From positions 133,979-176,795 of the IMG/VR virus record IMGVR_UViG_3300021387_000091: a stretch of DNA of 42,817 nucleotides; one strand, given 5' to 3'. The stretch comes from a virus. Taxonomy: Duplodnaviria > Heunggongvirae > Uroviricota > Caudoviricetes. Of the stretch, positions 11,730-27,000 are shown piece after piece. A program made the position numbers and the translations under genes. Under the pieces are notes generated by a model, which saw nothing but the letters and a program-made list of their open reading frames with translations, searched no databases and was not told where the DNA came from. The stretch's first letter is position 1. Each line of letters starts with the position of its first letter.

Positions 11730-14700
11730 AAACAACCTTCCTTTTTCTAATCAATTTGAACGAGGACATTCGTTTAATTGAGCTGAAGAATGAGCAGTCG
11801 GTAAATATTATATGAATGATGAATATGTTACCGATTTTGTTCGATATGAAAATGCAATTCTTGCTTGTAGAAAAAATCATAAAGCTTCAGAAGAATTAAA
11901 GCCGATACTTGTTTTCTTAGATGGAAAGGTTGTTGATGTAGATTCTCCTTACTGGAGTTTTGTTGTAGCGGCAAAAGATGAAGGTGTTGTTACATCTTCT
12001 ACTTATATTGCAGCAGCTACACAAGAGGATGTTGAACAAGATTCCAGCGTTATTATCGGAGATCCTTACATTAAAATTGTATATTCTTCTGGAGCATATA
12101 CTTATGTTCCTGCAAAAGATCTGGTTGTTGGTGTCAATGTTGGTGTACCAATAATGACGCAAGAAATGTTAGATAATCTTCCAGAAAAAAGTATTCCTGA
12201 AGATTACATCTTAATGGCGCAGGAATCTGATATTACAGATGCTGTTGGAGGTAATTATTTATCAATTTTGTTCTCTGCCATAAGAAAACTTCAAGCAGAA
12301 GTTGCAAAGCTTCGAAACTCTTTTGAGTTTGGTATTGAATCATATACAAACAAACAGACAGCCGTTTCTGGAGTGGTATATGATACTACAGAGGATGAAG
12401 ATGAACCTTTATGAGCGATAGATGAAACAACACTATCTGAAATTCCAGAAGCAACTATTGATTTTTATGCTCCTACTATACCGCTTCTGCCAAATCTAAA
12501 TGTGCATTACACCGCAGAAGGTTATGCGGAAATTAACGGAAATGCATATTGAACAGATGTTGATGGCTTTTCAGAAATCGATGATACAAAAATCTTTTTA
12601 TATACTACAACAACTGGTACTAATATTAATGTGAGTCTTACTGGATTAACCTCTAATGAAGTTATAAGAATTCCTTTATATGATGTATTAAACGCTTTTG
12701 GAGGCAGTAAATATAATATTTGTGTTCTTGTGTCTAGAAAAATGCAAGTAGATGATGATGAACATGAATATGGCAAAAATTACATATGAATAACCGCTAG
12801 TGATTTTTACTCTAACATCACCATTGCTGAAGGTTATTATAATCCTAACAGCATGAAACTCCAAACGGAAATGTTTGAATTAGATGATAAATATACAATA
12901 TCTAATGTAGAGTTTATCGATCTAATTCTTACTAAGTTTAATGCTTATTCTCAATATCAGGATTTTAGTCATGAGGTTATTGCAGCAAAACCTACAGACC
13001 AAGATTATAAATATAAAGCAGCGCATCTTACTATTAGAAAAGTAGACACATTGGATGAGCTAGAAGAAGTAGAATCAAGATTATTAAATAACGAACTTAT
13101 CTACCAAGAAGATAAGGGTATTTTATGGATTAAAACTAAAAACGGACTCCGCGCTATTGGAAGTGGAGACCATTCTGAGGATACAGGTATGACAGTTACA
13201 GAAATGATTAAAGAACTCTCAGATAGAGGTCTTATTTATAAAGAAGGTAACACTTGAAAGCTTTCGTCTTTCTCAGATGTTACATTTGTTCATAATGATA
13301 CCGGAACTAAATTTAAGTTTGAGGTATCTGCTGATGGACAACTGAAAGGGCAAGAGCTCCCAGAAAAAACCCTACAACAAATAATGGATGGACTATCCAC
13401 TAAAGTTTCTACGGCAAATGAGCCCAGAGGTTTTATAGGAAAATTAAATTTAGCTAGAGTCGGAGAAACAGGTAGTTATGATAAAGATGCTAAATTGAAT
13501 TCCGATAGAGTTAAAATTGGAGCGGTTTATTGTCCTTTAAAAACAGATACAAAACACGGATGTTCTCATGGATACATCGAACTTGAGAATACATCGGAAC
13601 AAGACATTCCTTTAGAGGGTTGTTATCTACATTTTTTACATCCAAATGACAATAGAGTTAGTACTGTAGACTCTCTTGCTTTAACAGGAATTCTTCCAAA
13701 AGGTGGTACATATCTTATTAGATGTAAAAAATATGCAGATCCTGATACAGATGCAGATGTGTTTATTGATGTAAAAAATTATGATCAGGAATGGTATAAG
13801 AATCAAGCCTTACTGGATTTAACAATTGATCAAGAGTATGATACAGTAATAAGTGAAGGCAAAGAACAGAAGGTTGCAAAATACCCATATGCTTTTGCCT
13901 TAACTTATGGAAATACTGTTAATGATGCGGCTATTTCAGCAAGTACGGTGTTTATAACAAAGAAAGACGGTGTTACTGTATATGCGTGGAACTTTATTGA
14001 TGCCTTGTTAATTGATAGATTACCTAACAATGGCAGCGGCTGAGGTCCAAACTTTGCATCAAGTCGATCTAATACAATAATTAAAAACACTTTTGAGTTG
14101 GACCCAGCAAAACAAGCATATCAGGCATTATTTTCTAAAGACAGCTCAAGATTAAGACTGGCCAATATTAAAAACGATATTCAATATTTGGATTTATCTT
14201 TGGACAAAATCGAATTTCCGTTAACAGAGGATACATACATGATTTCCAAATTTACTCCTAAAGCATCGTTTGAACATAAGAACGTATGTACTGACAAATC
14301 TAAAATTGATTACAGCAAACCAAATATGGTTACATGTTCATTCGGTATAGACATGTATAAAACAAGATGTTTTAACTGGATTTCTGCTGGAGAGTTTGAT
14401 GAATATGTGTTTATAAAGATTAATAATACATGGCATAGTTTTCAGTCTTACACAGAACAAACTGGCCTTTTAGAACAGTCCGAAACATTTCCTAGAAGAA
14501 AAGAATTTGCTTCAAATATTGTAAATAGTATTTACAAACGGATTGTTGGTGATTTTCCTGGTGATGGAACACATTATACTGCACACAAATGTATAATTGA
14601 TATTGTTAGCGATGCGGTTCTAACTCCAACAACCTTCACATATATTGTTGGTCGCAAGGATGCTAACGGTAATCCGGATTTAGAACATTGTTCTGATGAA

Positions 14701-16263
14701 CAGACGTTTACATTATATCCAACATCTTATGTTCCAAGGATTTACCAGATTACAGATCAGCAAGGTTTCCACTGGATTGAATATCAAGTATGAGCAGCTG
14801 CTGCTAAAGCCATTAATGAAAAAATTAATGCAGATCTAACACAAGATCAAATCATTCCTGTACTTATAAATACTGGAGACATGACACAAAACGGAACCAG
14901 AATAAATGAATGGTTTGATTATTATCAAGCAGGACGGTGCTTATTTGATCATCTTGAGCAAATGAACGTAGTTGGCAATAACGATTTGTGCAATACTGAT
15001 GTTAAAGCGCTTGGTACCGGTGATGATAATGGTAAATCAAACGGATATTATTTCCATGTGTTTTATTGTTACGAAATAGATCCTAATAATGTGCCATTAA
15101 TTTCTAATGGTACAGAGGACGTTTATGTTCCATCACTTTATCACTTTGATTCGTTAACCTACAGTTTTATAATGATCAATAGTGAAATTACATATGTAAA
15201 CTGTGATAAATGGTTCAATAGACACAAGAACGAAAATGTTGTAAATGTTTATACTGGTTGGGAAGTACCGGCTAAAAAAGACGATCCTGTTACGTACGAT
15301 GACTCATTTACATCAATTTATACAATGATTTACAACATGATCAGTTCTGCAAAATCTAATAGTAAAAACGTAATTGCAGTTTGTCATGAAATGCCATTTA
15401 CTGTTATTACAAAGGACAGTCTTCAGGCAGTAGATGATGCTAGAGAAAATCCTAGATCTATTGGTGGAACAGGATCCTCTTTAATTGGAAGTCATACTAA
15501 TCAATTATCTTATGCAGATGGAACCGCCATGCACTGGTTAAGTCGATTACTTGAATACTTTGAAGTAAAATTAATGATCGGTGGACATAAACACACTTAT
15601 GCTTGTACATTCCCTTTAAGAGAGAATTATAAATATTATGATCTTAATGAGCAAGGTCAAATAGATACTTCAGTATTAAAATCTAGTTTAAACGGGCCTA
15701 TGACTATGTACAGCACTCTTGAAAAGGACAATAGAGTGGTGTGGTTAAGTCAAGATGGAGGTAATACATATCATACTTCTAAGCTTCCATATACTCCTTA
15801 TAAATGTGAGGGTGATTCTGAAACTGGAGCTATTTCTGGACTTTATGATATTTACACTCCTGCGAGATATGTCCCCGGTCTTACTGGAGGTGTAACCTAT
15901 TTAATGTGTCAAGCAACTGGTTATAAATTAACTTCTAACAAAGAGTTACCTACAAATTATCAATTGTTTTCTAACTTAATTCCGAAAACAACAGTAAAAG
16001 CAGATAAGAGCGATGGACCAGATGGTAATCAGAAGAGACCGATGTTTATAATCGTAGATATGAGTGGTAATACTTATACAGCACAATTGATTAGAATCAA
16101 TGGTATTTTAAATAATGACGCTGGTTTTACTCAAATTGATAATACTCCAAAAGATTCTGTTCCTTCATTTGAATGAGCAACTATTCCTCCAGTAGTTAAT
16201 AATGTTGCTTCTGGAAGATATGCGACATGGGTTTCCACAAAAAGTAATTTAATCTCAATTTAA
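11719..16263 (+). CDS. 1514-aa putative tail/structural protein with lamin-tail-like domain and calcineurin-like (purple acid phosphatase-type) metallophosphoesterase domain
   Basis: Five track ORFs share one frame with only TGA between them. YIELENTSEQDIPLEGCYL...ILPKGGTYLI (LTD-like); TDQQG, TGDMTQNG, GNND, CHEMP and GGHKH motifs. Confidence 0.8.
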
Positions 16264-16264
16264 T

Positions 16265-19200
16265 ATGAAGTTAAATGGTAAGACTAATATTATAACAGAT
16301 AACGATATAGTTACTACCGGTAGAAACGCCGGTAGTAACTTAAATACCGTTATTGAAAATATAGAAGATGACGTTACTAAATTAAAACGTAATCTGAAGT
16401 TTGTTTATGAACACGGTTCTGTTGGTGGCGGAGGTGGCAGCGGCAGCGGTGTTGGTAAATGGGCCATTACAGCAACACTTGGTGGAAAAACAATTTCCAA
16501 CGGAAATATAATCAGTTTAACACCTGGAGAAACTTCTTATACGTTAGTAATTTCAATATCTGGCGGATCTGGTGATTATAATGTATTATACTCATACGGC
16601 AAGTCAGAATACACCGTTAAATTAAATGCGGATAATAATTGGAGACATTCTATACCGTTGATACTTACAGATAATGGCACAATTTCTATTGAAGCAACCG
16701 ATAATATTCTTGTAAAAAATGTATATGCTGATTATATAACAAATCCTTATTCTTTTGGAGATCTTAAGATCGTAAATGAAAAATGGGAGGAATATCCAAC
16801 AAGCGATATATTTATAGAGGATGCTATTATTAATGGGCTTGGTATAAGTTGTACTTATAATATCGCAATTAATGCTAAAACAACATATGATTGGTACTTT
16901 AACGAAGTTCATCAAGATGATTACTCTGGAGAGTTAGATGGCATTAGTAGTGGTACATTTGTGTTACCAATAAGTGATGAATACTTAAAACCGGAGATGG
17001 CGAATGCTTATAATGTTAGATTTACTATAACAATACAGCCAGAAAATCAAGATTTTGAGGTTATTACAAAGAACGTATCTTTTAATCTAATTCCGAATAA
17101 CATTTATTTAAAGCTTGCACCACAAACAGGTATTGTGTACGATGCCATACAAGAAGAAGACTATTATGAGTTTAGTACTAATCGAGAGATTGCGTTTAAT
17201 TGTCGAATTTATAATGGTCCAAATACTGGAAAGACCGGTGGTATTATTTCTGCTGTAGCAGAAGGTGGAGACAGCGAAGAAATAACGGGTTACTCTGAAG
17301 GAACAACTGTTACTCTAAAAATCTTGTTTAAAACGCCAGGCTGGAAAGCTATAACGTTTAATTATAGTCTGGAAGATAACGGAAGTGTTACAAAATATTT
17401 GTATTGTAGACAAATTGAATCTGAATTTAATTGATTTAAACAAGCCGTTCCTACAAGACAAAATTATTATCGTGGCTGAGAAGAAACGACATGTGTTGGT
17501 ATGTCTGTTACAAATAACACATATGTACAAATGACTACTGCTTCTGAAGAAGTAAGCTATCCTTTTACATACTCTTCTGATGGTTGTAATCTTCTGTTAA
17601 ATCTTGGTATCCAGTATAATAATATTAATGATTATAGACAACCAATCGCGATATTTTATAACAATGCTGGAAATCCATTTGCTACAATTTATCAAAACAA
17701 AATTGAATTTGAAAGCGTTTATTCTTCGACAGCACCATGTCAATTCTTTTTAAACAAGGAAATGGATTTTACTCCTGGAGATCCAGACAAATATCATTTA
17801 ATTACAATTGCGTTATCCTCTGTGTGGAGAGATCGTGCGCACTCATTAGATTATAATGAAATCACTGTTTATTTGGATGGTAAATTAGAAGGCGCTGTAT
17901 CAGATTTTACGCCAGCCACCGTTATATTAGGTGGAATTACTTTATGTCCAGGTAGTTATTCTATAAATCATATAGACGCTTCGTACTTTGCTCCAACTTC
18001 AAATTACGAACGCATTTTATATGATACAGACGTAAATTACTACTTCTATTCGTATAAATCTAAATCTAGAAGTGTTACTATAGATGAAGATGCTACTTCA
18101 ATATTAAACTTTTTGTATGATGTTCAAACAAAGAAGGTAAATTACTCTGTAGAAAACAACTTAGTTAAAGTAGATTCCACGCTATATGACAATGTAGCAA
18201 AACATTGTGACATTCCTACACTTGTGTTTAAAACGAATCGAAGAAATACAGAATACAATGTCGATGTTATAGATTGGATGAATACTGGATATACAGATAC
18301 ATCTTCTTCTACAAGTCCATCTAAATATAAAATAGCTCTTACCGAAGTTAGGTGAGGTAGAAATAAAACAGCTACTAGTAAAATTGTAATTCCTGTATCT
18401 GTAGGTCAGAATACATACTTCTATCTCAAGCTTCAGGGTAGTTCTACAATGGGATATAAAGCTAAGAACTTTACATTTGGCATTGAAGCTGGTAGTGACT
18501 TGGCAGCTAATGTTACGCCAATATTTTCTCCAAACTTTAAAGCCGATGATCCAAAAACATTCTTACATGAAAAAGAATGAACATTAAAAGCGGATGCTGT
18601 AGACTCATCGCATACGAATAACGTTGCTATGGGTAGATTTATTAATGACTACAATAATTTCTCTTATGATATTGCACAAACTGGAGTAAGTGAAAACATT
18701 CTTAATCATGTAAGAAAATGTCTTGATGGATTTCCGGTACTTGTGTATTTAGAAACGCAATCTGCTAATGTTACCGATACGTATTTCTTAGGTATATACT
18801 CATTTAACTTAGGACGTGATTCTTATTTTAATTTAGGATATTCTGATTTAAGTCAATTAGATCCAAACTATTTAACTGATGCTTCTAATAATACATTTTC
18901 CTTTACTGTAGTTGGTACAGGAGATTCTCGTGGCATAGACCCTCTTGACGGGTTTGTTGCAGCTGAAGTTCAAGATAATATAAAGTTTTGGGACTTTTCT
19001 CAATACGATGATTCTGTATTGTTTTCCAGAAATAATGAAAATGCAAACTTTATGTTCGGAGACATTAAAACCTCAGCTGGATATGTAAATGCAGAACGAG
19101 ACATCAAAAACTTTGTAAAATCAGTTGCTGGTGCTGGTGGATTCCTGTTTAAATCAATGGGAAAAACATTAGACCCTGTACATTCTTATCTTGACGATAA

Positions 19201-22200
19201 TGATAACATTGTTGAGAATCATATGCAAGATAATCAGGTTGCGTATCATATTGCAGAACACGTACCTAGCTGTAAATGACAGTATAGCAGAATTAACGAT
19301 CAATATACACCATATCGTGGAGATTTGTGAAATAATAGTCTTAATATTGACTTACTTGAAAATTGTATTGGTTCTACAGATCCAGAATCAGAGATTGTTC
19401 CAACATTAAATTATCGAAGTCTTGCTTATTATTATACAACGTGTATGGTATTTGGCTTGGTCGACTCTGTTCAAAAGAACCTTACAATTAAGAAGTGAAA
19501 GGATTCTTTTGGAACTTTCTTCTATGATATTGATACTGCATTAGGTAGAGATAACGATGGTAACAAGAGTTCTTATTTTGCTTTCTCTGATTATTGGTTT
19601 TCCAATATAGATGAATACGATGCGGATGGAAATAAAATAGATAGAATTACTGGAGATACAACTCCTGCCGCAAGAACCGTTAATAGAGGTTGTACTGTAT
19701 ATAGAGATTATGCTCCTGTTAGAGCTGAAGGTCAAGATCCTGGATATGATATTCCATCATCTTATTTATTTGCTATTGCAAAATACGTAAACTGCGAAGG
19801 TATTGGCGGATATTCTGAAAACGCTAATTATATATCGCCACAAGATATTTATGCTACATGGAGACAGACTGGTAATATTTTATCTACAGCTGATAATTTC
19901 ATTGATACCTATTTTGCTTCTAATTTGGATGGAGTTCCTGAGTGTTTACTTAATTTGAACTACCGTAATAAGTATCTTTATAATACAACGGGCACTCAAT
20001 TTGATAAAATTTCTGGAAACCTGCATGGTCGCGGTGTAGAAGAGGTTAGAGATTGGTTAACTGGTAGACTTCATATTCTTGATGCTTATTTCAATCTTAG
20101 TTCTGAAGATATTAATATTACTAATACATATAAAGAACCTAAACCCACTGTAGTTGTAAATAATCCGGATATTTATATAATTAAAGATGTGTTTAGAAAT
20201 CCGAATGATACTAGATCCATTAGACGTAGTGGTTCAATTACATTTACGGTCACTGCAAATGATTATACACCTCTGGTAATAAGTATGGCGTCTGGTACAC
20301 AGCGTTTCTTGTTAGAAAAGAAAGAGGTGCCTTATGAAATTACTGTTAGTCCAAACAATGCTGATACAAACTTTGGTGGATCTCAGTTGTGAACAAGTCT
20401 TGATACAATTAATGGATTTGTGACATCTTTAACTGATAGAAGTACATTTAATTTCAATACAGATAGAATTGATACTTTGGTTGGAGACTCTGGCTCTGTT
20501 ACAACGACCTGAAATGTTAATGCTCCATTTGTTAAGGAAATTAAACTTAACAGTCCAAATTATTCCGGTGCTTTAAATATAGATAGTACAGCATATAATG
20601 TTGATAAAATTGATATTTCAAAATCTAAAATTGCTTTAACGGTTACGGATTCTAAAGTTTCTGAAATAAATTGTTCTAACTTGAATGGAGCAGCAGAATT
20701 GAATATTTTACGTTGCAAAAATTTGAAATCTGTAAATCTTACAAATGCAAATGCAACTAAATGTGAAATATCGCCTATTTGGACTTCTAGTATTAACTTG
20801 TCTAACAATAGAATTAAAGAGCTAACTGTTACTGGTAATATAGATCTTACATTAGGTAACTTAACCGTTCAAAATAACGGTTATTTGGAAAGATTAACAT
20901 TTGCCAGATTTGGAGCAGTAAACCTAAATAACGCATCAAATGTAAAGAAGATTACTTGTAACGACGATCCTAATTCTAGTATGTTAACATCGTTTACAGC
21001 ACAAAACTGTACAAAGTTAACAAGCATTGAATTACCAGTTGATAATTTGGTGACGCTCAATTTATCCGGATGTTCTAATCTTACTGAAATTGTTCTTAAA
21101 GGTTCTGATTTTTCAAAACTAAGCACACTTAATTTATCTGGCACAAAAGTTAGTTCTATTACATTTAATAATGAATCTCCAGCAAGTTATTTGGATTTAA
21201 CTAGATTCACAAATCTTGGAAAAGCATCTTCTGGTACATCTATTAATCTTTCTAAAGATGAAGCCGTTGTTGCTATTAAATTTAGAAATGATGAAAACAG
21301 TCCTGTAAGATTAACAAACAATTTTCAAGGATGCACTAATCTTGAAAGAGTCTATGGTAACGTTTCTATCTGTACAAATAGTTGTTTTTCTGGTTTAACT
21401 AAGTTCTCAATACATGGATCAGATTTAAGTAATCTTACTTGAAACGGAAGTAGTGTATTAAATGGAACAAAAGTAAAGCATCCGAATGACATTAAAACTG
21501 GAGGTCCTAGTACATATTTTGTAAGTGGTAATGGAAATATAACGAATATGACATTTGGAGCATCAAATGTAAGTAGCTGTTTCTCACAAACAAATTGTAC
21601 AATATTTGATTACTATTATGCTCTGGCAAATATAGGTTCTGCTGAGAATATAGATTACCTATTTGCATATAATCAAAACAGTACATATGGACGTTTCGAC
21701 GGAACTGTAAACAATAATCCGGATAAGAGAACTTTCTTATATTGCTCAAATATTACTTCTTGTGGCGGTTTATTTAGTTATCATTATTCTGGAAAAACAA
21801 TTTATTTAATATCTCCAACAGTTGTAAATGATTCTGTTACAGTTGATGATGGATTATTCTCATATTTGACTAAATCTACAAATATTGGAGCAATGTTTTA
21901 TGGAAGTTATTCTCTTATATTTGATAGATTTTTGTTTAGAAGAAGCATTGGCAACTATCTGTTTAGAAATATTGATTATTACACACCATTATATGTATTA
22001 AATACACCACCAAGCGATTTTAGTTGGGCCACAATATCTAATATTTATTCCAATGTCACAACGATGACTGGTAATATTACTGATATATTTAACAATGTTC
22101 CTAATCTAACATCAATGTCTGGTTTCTTGAGACAAGTTGAATATTTGGATTTAGATAGTGACTTTAAAATTCCGTCTGGTGTAGCAGTATTGAATAATGC

Positions 22201-24007
22201 ATTTAGTGCAAAGATTGCTGTTTGCAATAATTTTATGTTATCTAATTATTTTAGAACGCCTTCAAATGTACAATATCTAAGATCTAGTTTTAGAGTAACA
22301 AATACAAGTTCTTCGAATGTATATATGGAATTGAATAACGATTCTTTTAGTGCATTTACAAACTTAAAGGAATTTGGTTTAGCAACATCTCCATATGCAG
22401 AAACTTCAATTAATAGTTCTTGTTTCACAGGTTATAATAAAGTTATATCCGGAACGTTCCCGTTTGACATATTCTCTAGAAACACATTATTAGAAAAAGC
22501 AATTGGTGTATTTATAAATGTAACATCTACAGCATCAATTACAGATTTACAATTACCTGGAACCTTGTTTAAATATAATACGAGATTACAAGATGTTTCT
22601 GGTATATTCTTTGATTTTGGCGTAGATTATTCATTATCCGATGATGTTAACTTTAAAAATTGTCCAAATATTAAGACTCTTGATTATGCTTTCGGTTCAT
22701 CTATTGTAAATGGTTCTAAACCTCATTTAAGTGGGCAAATACCATATAAATTCTTATGACACGGAGAAAACGTGGATACATTCACTTATTATGGTACAGA
22801 TGAAAGAACTCCAATTTTAGACGATCAAGGACAAATAATTGGATATGATTACATCAATGTCGAGCCTTATACGGTTACTATCAAATCTGTTAATGCAGGA
22901 ATATCTTCTATGAAATATTGTTTTCAGCATTCTAATATAAATGCTTACGTAAATACAAATAATATTGAAATTGAAGACAATCCAAATTATCATCCTTATA
23001 GATATGTTAGTACGTCTCAAGACGGTCCATTTACTGACGAACTATCGAAAGTGGATACTAGAAAATGAACATTTATTTGGGCATTTGATGGAGACCATTA
23101 TCCTTCAGAATATACAAATACAAGTAAAGACGATTATGAGGTTCTTGATAGAACTAGGGGTGCAAGTTTTGAACTTCCTAGCACAACAATAAACTGCGTT
23201 AAAGTTTCACTTGGCGATGGTGGTATTGGAAACTACAGTTCAAATAATACATATATAGCACCTCCGGATTTATTAAGATATTGCAACAATAATTGTGAAA
23301 TTCGAGGTTTGTTCTCTGGTTCAGGACTTACTGGCTGAAGTAGATTAGTATTTACATCTATGGGAGAATTTAATATGTACGGATATGGTTTAACTGGAAG
23401 AATTTGTCCATATATGTTAAAACCAGTTCCAAATACTACAGATGTGTCTGAAATGTTTAAATATTGCAAGAAGTTAAGCTATTATAGAATATTAGATGGT
23501 GCTGGAACAATCGGTAAAGCATATATGATTCCAAATGAATTCTTTACATATGCTACAAAGATTACAGCACTTAATAATATGTTTGAAGATACACTTCAGC
23601 CGCAATATAGTGATATAAACGATGTGTTTAAACCACTAACAGGTACAATTAGTATTACAAGTATATTCTACTCTACTTATTGGGATAGTCAAGATAACGA
23701 TGTTAATGCTGGAGGAAACTATACTGATGTAGATGCTGCATTTAAAACAAATGAAGTTTCAAGTACAACAAATGCATTCTGTATAACAACCGCTACAACA
23801 ACTAATAATGGCCGTCCAATGAGTCAGAAAATTAGATTTAATGATGTATTTAATTCCAAGTATTCAAGAGAATTATACTCCAATAACTCTAATTACTTTA
23901 ATACATTTAGAGGCTACTATAAATTAGGTAGTGGAACAGATAATGAAAGATTTGGAACGAAAACACTGTATGATTCTTCGACAACCAATAATTATTATGC
24001 ATTTTAA
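16265..24007 (+). CDS. 2580-aa putative tail protein with CotH-kinase-like domain and leucine-rich-repeat (BspA-like) region
   Basis: Eight track ORFs share one frame joined by TGA. LQGSSTMGYKAKNF, WTLKADAVDSSH, DGFP, DSVQKN, YDIDTALG; LxxLNLSGCSNL-type repeats at about 20.5-22.7 kb. Confidence 0.8.
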
Positions 24008-24009
24008 AT

Positions 24010-27000
24010 ATGAAAAAAGTAAAGATTAACTATAATGATACTTTTGGAACTATGCATTCTCGTGATTATTATCGTGGTGCATCTTTCCATTTTTCTGGAA
24101 AATGAATTTCTGGAGCTCATTATGTTAGTGATGATTATAATATTGACTTTGTGGTACATGGCCAGACTCTTCTGGCCTGTGCCAAAAGTCATTTATCTTC
24201 ATTAGACAATGAACCAACGGAATTTATAACAGATGAAAGTGGCACTATTATTGGTGTTATATCAACATATTGGGATTTTGTTTTATCTGGAATTGTAGGA
24301 AATTCTCCAGGTGTTAAAATAATAGATAACTATTGGTACATTTGTAAAAACACTGGTGTTCCAGAAGAAGAACAAGTCTGGGAAAACACTGGCGTTAAAG
24401 CAAAGATGGAACTTAGTGACTTATCTCCTGAAGAGATTGCACTATTACAGGAACCTGGTAAGCAAGTAGTTACTGAATTTGTTAATAATACTATTACTCA
24501 GGAAACTGGTCAGAATATAGACAAAATTATGTCTCAAAAGGCTGTAACAGACGCACTAAATACAAAAGCTACTGTTTCACAAGTTACTTCTGCTATTGCT
24601 AATGAAGTACAACGTGCTGATCTTGCATATCAACCAAAAGGAGATTATGCCACCAATACTACTGTAAATACAAATAAAGAAGATGCTGATCGTAAGTTTA
24701 CAGCAGTAAATGAAAGAATCGATACAACAAACGAAAACGTATCTAATAATGCTGATGCAATACAAGAGGAAATAGAAAATAGAGAATCTGAAATAGAAAG
24801 AATTGAAGGTTTGATTTCTGCAGAAGAAACTGCTAGAGTTGAAAGTGACAATGCTTTATCTAATAGAATTTCTCAAGAGACTACTGCAAGAAGTACAGCC
24901 GATAATAATCTTGAACAATCTATTGCTAATATTAACTCTAAAATTCCTTCAGAAGCAAGTTCATCTAATCAATTAGCAGATAAAGATTTTGTTCATAACG
25001 AAATCTCAACAAGTAGCGCTACTTTTAGAGGAACTTATAATACATTAACAGAACTAGAAGCACAAGAAGCTGATAATAATGACTATGGTTTTGTAGTTCA
25101 CACAGATGCATTAGGAAATACTGTTTATTCCAGATATAAATATAATGGTACAGAGTGGTTATGAGAATATGATATTACTAGTACTGAATTTTCTCAATCT
25201 CAATGAGAAGCAGTTAATTCTGGTATTAATTCAACTTTAGTAACTAAACTATCTGATTTACCAACTAATGCAGATTTAACAACAACGTTAAATAGTAAAG
25301 TTGATAAAGTTGCAGGAAAACAGTTATCTACTGAAGATTATACTACTGCTGAAAAGAATAAACTCGCTGGTATCGCTTCAGGTGCTCAAGTTAATGTTCT
25401 TGAAGGAGTTAAAGTTGATGGTACAGAACTACCTATTACAGACAAGAAAGTTAATATTGATTTATCTGGTAAAGTAGATGTTGCTGATTCTGAAACTAAT
25501 TCTGATGAATTTGTTTATAGACAAACAGGTGATGGGCTTAATGTCGAAGCTAAGAATGCTAGAATAAGTAGCATTAAAGGCAATACGCTCGTGTGGAATC
25601 AGATGGTGGAGAACGGTAACTTTGTCGATAACTTGAATGGATGGAGTGTTATCACACCGGGAACGATAAGTGTTGCAAACAATGTCTTGTCTTATTCTTG
25701 GCAGAGTCCTTACTCTAACAACGGCATTGAACAAGTCAACTGTCCAATCATTGCCTCCCATAAGTATTACATCGCGGGGACGATTAAAAACACCGCAGAT
25801 GCCGAAAGGAAATATTATATAGGATACACATACGATTCAAGTTTTAGGGTACAAGACTCATTCTTAGCTGGTCAAACGAAACGAATCAGTGCAGTAACAG
25901 TTGCATCCTCAAACTCTGGCAAACAAGGAAAAAATTTAGCCATTGTCGGCCAAGTAAATATTAATAATAGCATAGAGGCAAGCAATATTGTATGCATCGA
26001 CCTCACCTTGATGTTCGGCGCGGGCAATGAGCCTTTGACCGTAGAGGAGTTCGAGGCGATGTTCCCCGATACATACTACCCTTATAACGCAGGCACGCTG
26101 ATTATCAACGATGCTTCTGCGCTGGAGACCGTTGGGTTCAACCAGTGGGACGAGGAATGGTTAAGAGGATATTATAATGTCGCTGGTCAATATCTTGAAG
26201 CCGATAATAGAATTTGCTCAAAAAATAGAATAAAAGTTTTTGGCGACACCGATTATTATATCAAATCGCCAAACGCAATGACAATCTTCTTTTTTGATGA
26301 AAATTTCAATAACCTCGGTAATGCAATCTCAGTAAATAACGCAATTTTTCATACGCCTCAATCGTGTTCTTATATCTTATTCTATGCATCTTTTACTGAT
26401 TATGGTAATGTGTATAACCACGACATCTGCATCAACCTTTCCGATGCCTCAAAGAATGGCACATACGAGCCGTACTGGAAGAGGACGCTGAACCTCGGCC
26501 TGAACAACATCAGGGTGAAGAGCCACAATATATGGGACGAGGAATGGGAAGTGGGAATGATTAGTCAATCTACTGGCGTTAATAAGGCTGATTCAACAAG
26601 GCTTCGTTCTAAAAACTATATATCCGTTAATCCTGGCGATAAGTTGTATTTCTACGGGGCAAGTAGGTATGTTTATTATTGGATATTCTATTATGATTCC
26701 AATATGCAATTTATTGTTGGTAGCATTGATGGCTCTACGGGGTATAAAAACAATATTGATATAAATAAAATCGGCATTGTTCCCGCTAATGCAAGGTATC
26801 TTCGCTTCTATTGTGCAACCCAAGTCAATACTTACCAGAACGACATCTGCATCAACCTTTCCGACTCTAATTTCAACGGTCAGTATGAGCCGCACGGGAT
26901 ACTGACATTCAATGGGGTAAAGAGTGCGCCGGGTTCTATCACTAAGATTGGTGGGACTCTTGGTGGAGCATACGATGAAATCAGCAATAAGTTCATCAAG

